From: an uncultured bacterium
GTDB taxonomy: Bacteria; Omnitrophota; Omnitrophia; Omnitrophales; Aquincolibacteriaceae
Direction of reading: 5' to 3'
DNA length: 38,235 bases
NCBI GenBank assembly: GCA_964610145.1
Contig: CAZSVD010000334.1
Coordinates: 1-38,235 of the forward strand
Shown: one piece after another, positions 35,269 through 38,235 of the stretch
Layout of the letters: every line of letters starts with the position of its first letter
How positions within the stretch are numbered: the stretch's first letter is position 1
Notes under the pieces: generated by a model
What the model was told of the DNA's origin: nothing
What the model saw: only the letters and a program-made list of their open reading frames with translations
Databases searched by the model: none
Translations under genes and position numbers: made by a program

Positions 35269-36540
35269 CTAAGCTGCCGGAAAATGCAGAATAAAAAGCG
35301 TTCCGCCCCCCGGATTCGCTTCGCAGCGCACACTTCCCTGATGAGCCTCCATAATATGTTTTACAATCGCGAGACCTAATCCCGTTCCGCCGGTTTCGCG
35401 TGAACGCGCTTTGTCTTCACGGAAAAATCTTTGAAAAATTTTCTCCCGGTTATCCGGATGAATTCCGGAGCCAGTATCGGCAATTTGAATTTCAATGGCT
35501 CCTGAACTTTCTTTCGCAGCGGAAACGGATATCTGTCCATGGTCGGGTGTAAATTTAACCGCATTGTCCAAAAGATTCATGATGATTTGGCGGAATTGGT
35601 CACGATTGGCTTGCAATGCTATTTTTGAACTGATCTTTTTATCTAAGGCCAAATGCTTTTGTTGAATCCGCACACTCAAAAATTCTAAAACTTCCTCAAT
35701 CTCTGCTGAGACATCCAGCGTTTGCTTTTCAAAAGCATGCGCTTGGTTTTCAATTCGCGAAAGTGAAAGTAACTCTTCTATCAGCCGGTGTAAACGCTCG
35801 GAATCAGCCTTCATTAAACTTAAAAATCTTTCCCGCGCTTGCTTGTCTTCACCGGCTCCATCCAAAAGCGTTTCGATGAATCCATGAATTGAGGTTAATG
35901 GTGTGCGTAATTCATGCGAAACATTCGCGACAAAATCGCGCCGCATGGTTTCCAGTTTCTTTAAATCGGAAATATCCGTAAAAACAAAAACGATCAGAGA
36001 CGCCTCTTCCTGAAGGAACCGAATCATACGCATCTTTAGCGATTTACCCGCGGCGGTGACCAACTCCATCTCGGTATAAGTATTGCTTTTCTGATTAAGA
36101 AATTGCTCCGCGGCCGTTAATGCTCCGTGATGTCTGAGAATTTCAAACAGTTTCTTTCCTTCTTGATTTTCTCCTGCAATGCCGGCGAGAATTGAGTAAG
36201 CCTGATTACAAAAAAGAATATTAGCCGATTCATCCAGCGCAATGACTCCATCCGGCATCGCGCTTAATATCTGCTTAAGCGACCGGCTTTCCTGAACCGC
36301 GGAATGAGCGCGACTTTCGAGCAAAGACTTGAGCCTCTCAAGCTCCTGCTGGGGTGATTCGCGCAAAAGGACCCGTGTCACCAAAGAAGTTTCACCGATG
36401 CTTTTGAATATCTGCTGCAAAAGGTCCGAGCAGCGCTCAAGATCCAAACGGGATTTGCGCTCGCTTCGCTGCAAAATAAAAAGCACAACGAGAGCCGCAA
36501 TTAACGCGCCGGTAAGAAAATAAGAAGAAAAAAAACTCAT
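35269..36540 (-). CDS. phoR: PhoR-like sensor histidine kinase (TM, PAS, HisKA, HATPase_c)
   Basis: 423 aa. The H-box is DFVANVSHELRTPLTSIHGFIETL. The ATGA overlap with the upstream regulator is present. No pst genes are in the window, so the PhoR name is provisional. Confidence 0.75.
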   Translation of the reverse strand: MSFFSSYFLTGALIAALVVLFILQRSERKSRLDLERCSDLLQQIFKSIGETSLVTRVLLRESPQQELERLKSLLESRAHSAVQESRSLKQILSAMPDGVIALDESANILFCNQAYSILAGIAGENQEGKKLFEILRHHGALTAAEQFLNQKSNTYTEMELVTAAGKSLKMRMIRFLQEEASLIVFVFTDISDLKKLETMRRDFVANVSHELRTPLTSIHGFIETLLDGAGEDKQARERFLSLMKADSERLHRLIEELLSLSRIENQAHAFEKQTLDVSAEIEEVLEFLSVRIQQKHLALDKKISSKIALQANRDQFRQIIMNLLDNAVKFTPDHGQISVSAAKESSGAIEIQIADTGSGIHPDNREKIFQRFFREDKARSRETGGTGLGLAIVKHIMEAHQGSVRCEANPGGGTLFILHFPAA

Positions 36541-37238
36541 TCGGAATCGGGTTCGATACGGTATCCGACATTTTTAATCGTAATAATCCGGTCGGCTTCC
36601 GATTTTAATTTTTTGCGAAGCTGTCCCACATGCATATCAATCGTGCGTGTTTCTATGTTTTCAGCGTGTTGATAGCCCCAAACCTGATCCAAAAGCTGCT
36701 CGCGGCTCAAAACCCGCCCATCCGCTTCAAGCAAAGCCTTTAACAAATCGTATTCTTTGGAAGTCAGATAAAGTTCTTTGCCTTTGAAAGTGGCTTCATG
36801 CTTTCCATCATCTAAAACTAATCCGCCAAGATGAAAAACTTCTTTTCCTCCCGAAGACCCGCTCCTTTTTTGACGGCGCAAAACAGCTTTAATGCGAGCT
36901 AAAAGTTCGCGCACACCGAAAGGCTTCGCCAAATAGTCATCCGCACCCATTTCAAGCCCGAGAACCTTATCGGTTTCTTCGGATTTGGCGGTTACCATAA
37001 TGATGGGAATTCCGGAAGTACGCGTATTGCTTTTGAGTGTTTTGCAAACTTCCATGCCGTCCATCTTGGGCAACATCATATCGAGCAAAATAAGATCCGG
37101 CTTTTGATCCCGCGCCAAATCGGCTCCGGCGCTTCCATCATAAGCAGAAAGAACCACATACCCTTCTTTTTGAAGGTTATATTTCACAAGCTCGTGAATT
37201 GCGGGTTCGTCTTCAACTATCAGTATTTTTTTTGCCAT
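36537..37238 (-). CDS. phoB: PhoB-like OmpR-family response regulator
   Basis: 233 aa with close resemblance to PhoB (..ILIVEDEPAI.. ..PDLILLDMMLP.. ..GADDYLAKPFGVRELLARIKAVLRR). Confidence 0.78.
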   Translation of the reverse strand: MAKKILIVEDEPAIHELVKYNLQKEGYVVLSAYDGSAGADLARDQKPDLILLDMMLPKMDGMEVCKTLKSNTRTSGIPIIMVTAKSEETDKVLGLEMGADDYLAKPFGVRELLARIKAVLRRQKRSGSSGGKEVFHLGGLVLDDGKHEATFKGKELYLTSKEYDLLKALLEADGRVLSREQLLDQVWGYQHAENIETRTIDMHVGQLRKKLKSEADRIITIKNVGYRIEPDSE

Positions 37239-37387
37239 AAATTTTATTATTTTAGAAAATCATTATGGTGAATCCGGCGCCGGAAACAACCGCTTTTTCA
37301 CCTTGAAGCCAAATTTTACAAGTTCTTGACATTGGAGAGTCACAAAATTGCCTTTAAAGCACAATTTTGTTCAAATAATCTTAAGAA

Positions 37388-37522
37388 TCCGGTGCCTCTC
37401 GCTCTGGCAGTAACTTGGCACGGTGATTGCTTAATTGTTACTGCTAGCCTTCCCTGCTTCATGGCAGGTGATCAACCCCGGAGAGCGTTGGTTTCATCCC
37501 CGAGCCGACGCTCTCTTTTTTT
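37388..37522 (+). ncRNA. Candidate stand-alone small RNA of unknown class
   Basis: The plus strand has a sigma70-like promoter (TTTAAA 37353..37358, 17-nt spacer, TAATCT 37376..37381). It also has an 11-bp stem (37404..37414 with 37437..37447), a 5-bp hairpin (37453..37468) and a strong terminator. No plus-strand protein gene lies upstream or downstream. The 5' end is inferred only. Confidence 0.35.
37480..37522 (+). terminator. Rho-independent terminator on the plus strand
   Basis: gagagcgttgg pairs with ccgacgctctc (about 11 bp including one G-U), followed by T7. The reverse orientation has no T run, so it does not serve ftsK. Confidence 0.8.
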
Positions 37523-37617
37523 AATATAATTTACGAAACAAAGCGACAAAAGCTATCTATGCAAATTTATGCCAAACACGTCGCTTTAAAAGTTCGGGGC
37601 AAAAAACCGGTTAGGAC

Positions 37618-38235
37618 TTATTCGTTCGTGGCGGGGCTTTCGCTGCCCGGAGCAGGAAGAAAAACTTCCCGTGCTTTGGCTCCCTGAGAAGGACCTATTA
37701 CGCCCTCGGCTTCCAGCTGATCCATAATACGGGCCGCACGGGTATATCCGAGCCCCATGCGTCTTTGAAGATTGGATGTGGAGGCTACGCGCGTCTCTAA
37801 AACAACTCTCAGAGCATCTTCATAAAGCTCATCTTTTTCACCTGAAGCGGCATCATTATTTTTCTTTTCCATGCCCGCCGCAGTCAACTCTTCGAGAAAT
37901 TCAGGTGTCCCTTGCTTCGCCCAATAATCTACCACATTACGAATTTCTTCATCGGTCACAAAAGGCGCTTGCCCGCGAATCAATTTTGATTCTCCCGGTT
38001 TTAAGAATAAAAGATCGCCTTTTCCGATCAACTGATCTGCGCCGTTACCATCAAGCACCGTACGGGAATCCACCTTGGATGAAACCTTGAAAGAAACACG
38101 CGCGGGAAAGTTGGCTTTGATAACTCCGGTAATAACATCCACGGACGGGCGCTGCGTCGCAAGAATTAAATGAATTCCAACCGCACGGGATAACTGCGCT
38201 AAGCGACAAATCGGACCCTCTACTTTATCGCGCAT
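37618..38235 (-). CDS. ftsK: DNA translocase FtsK/SpoIIIE, C-terminal part (end of the motor domain plus the gamma winged-helix domain), truncated by the window
   Basis: ..GIHLILATQRPSVDVITG.. and the C-terminal gamma-domain sequence ..ASTSNLQRRMGLGYTRAARIMDQLEAEGVIGP.. are present. Confidence 0.95.
   Translation of the reverse strand: MRDKVEGPICRLAQLSRAVGIHLILATQRPSVDVITGVIKANFPARVSFKVSSKVDSRTVLDGNGADQLIGKGDLLFLKPGESKLIRGQAPFVTDEEIRNVVDYWAKQGTPEFLEELTAAGMEKKNNDAASGEKDELYEDALRVVLETRVASTSNLQRRMGLGYTRAARIMDQLEAEGVIGPSQGAKAREVFLPAPGSESPATNE

Noticed and set aside
37315-37331. Pho-box-like direct repeat (minus strand TGTCAAG-aact-TGTAAAA) upstream of phoB, which also reads as a plus-strand TTGACA
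   Set aside because: The 11-bp periodicity is suggestive, but no -10 box follows at the expected distance, and the element is about 75 nt from the phoB ATG. I cannot tell it apart from chance or from a plus-strand -35 element.
37388-37522. Identity of the candidate sRNA as SRP (4.5S) RNA, 6S, tmRNA or RNase P
   Set aside because: The minus-strand string GAAGCAGGGAAGGC superficially resembles the SRP domain IV GGAAGGAAGCAG, but the flanking pairing and GNRA loop do not fit. The terminator orientation is on the other strand. No tmRNA or RNase P conserved blocks are present.
37326-37529. 67-aa plus-strand ORF (TTG start) between phoB and ftsK
   Set aside because: It has no SD and a TTG start, its sequence runs through the stem-loops and the terminator, and an RNA interpretation fits better.
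1-38235. CRISPR arrays, tRNA/rRNA genes, transposases, integrases, prophage or canonical defence genes
   Set aside because: I found no spaced direct repeats, no tRNA T-arm/acceptor patterns, no DDE, tyrosine- or serine-recombinase-like ORFs, and no nuclease/ATPase/RT/TIR/Sir2-type ORFs beyond the housekeeping RmuC and FtsK.

Overview
This is a chromosomal-looking 38.2 kb segment from a diderm-type bacterium, with about 35 densely packed protein genes on both strands. Functions cover five areas. Nitrogen assimilation: gltB-gltD. Ion and metal homeostasis: a CLC-F-type channel, MgtE, TerC, MscL, Dps, an arsR-aqp-arsC operon and a 10-TM His-loop transporter. Envelope remodelling: a VanY-like M15 peptidase, MprF, an ArnT-like GT-C enzyme and a second GT-C-like membrane protein. 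Signalling: a CHASE-GGDEF cyclase, two OmpR/histidine-kinase pairs and one orphan CheY-like receiver. Housekeeping: RidA, a deaminase, RlmI, GST, MarC, RmuC, HemH, QueH and the FtsK C-terminus. I found no rRNA, tRNA, CRISPR array, transposase, integrase, phage gene or recognisable canonical defence, TA, retron or DGR system, and I cannot claim a clear novel multi-gene system. Seven observations are not explained by routine annotation. (1) The arsR-aqp-arsC operon carries only a 106-aa single-NPA half of a MIP channel, joined to both neighbours by ATGA overlaps. (2) At least nine operon-head genes have a -10 box 5-10 nt upstream of the start codon and no Shine-Dalgarno, which suggests leaderless mRNAs alongside SD-led genes. 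(3) Two perfect 26-bp palindromes occur, one at the arsR promoter and one on the stop codon of a histidine kinase. (4) A CusRS-like two-component pair is followed by an orphan receiver, a secreted His-rich peptide and an Hsp20 protein with a signal peptide. (5) A 490-bp ORF-poor gap between convergent genes holds a (CTTCGCC)x5 heptad tract inside an inverted repeat, plus an SD-preceded 24-codon ORF and a long hairpin. (6) A stand-alone plus-strand promoter-to-terminator unit of about 135 nt between phoB and ftsK looks like an unclassified sRNA. (7) Two small SD-preceded antisense ORFs lie upstream of mprF. All functional calls rest on motif and family recognition by eye. No database search was run.
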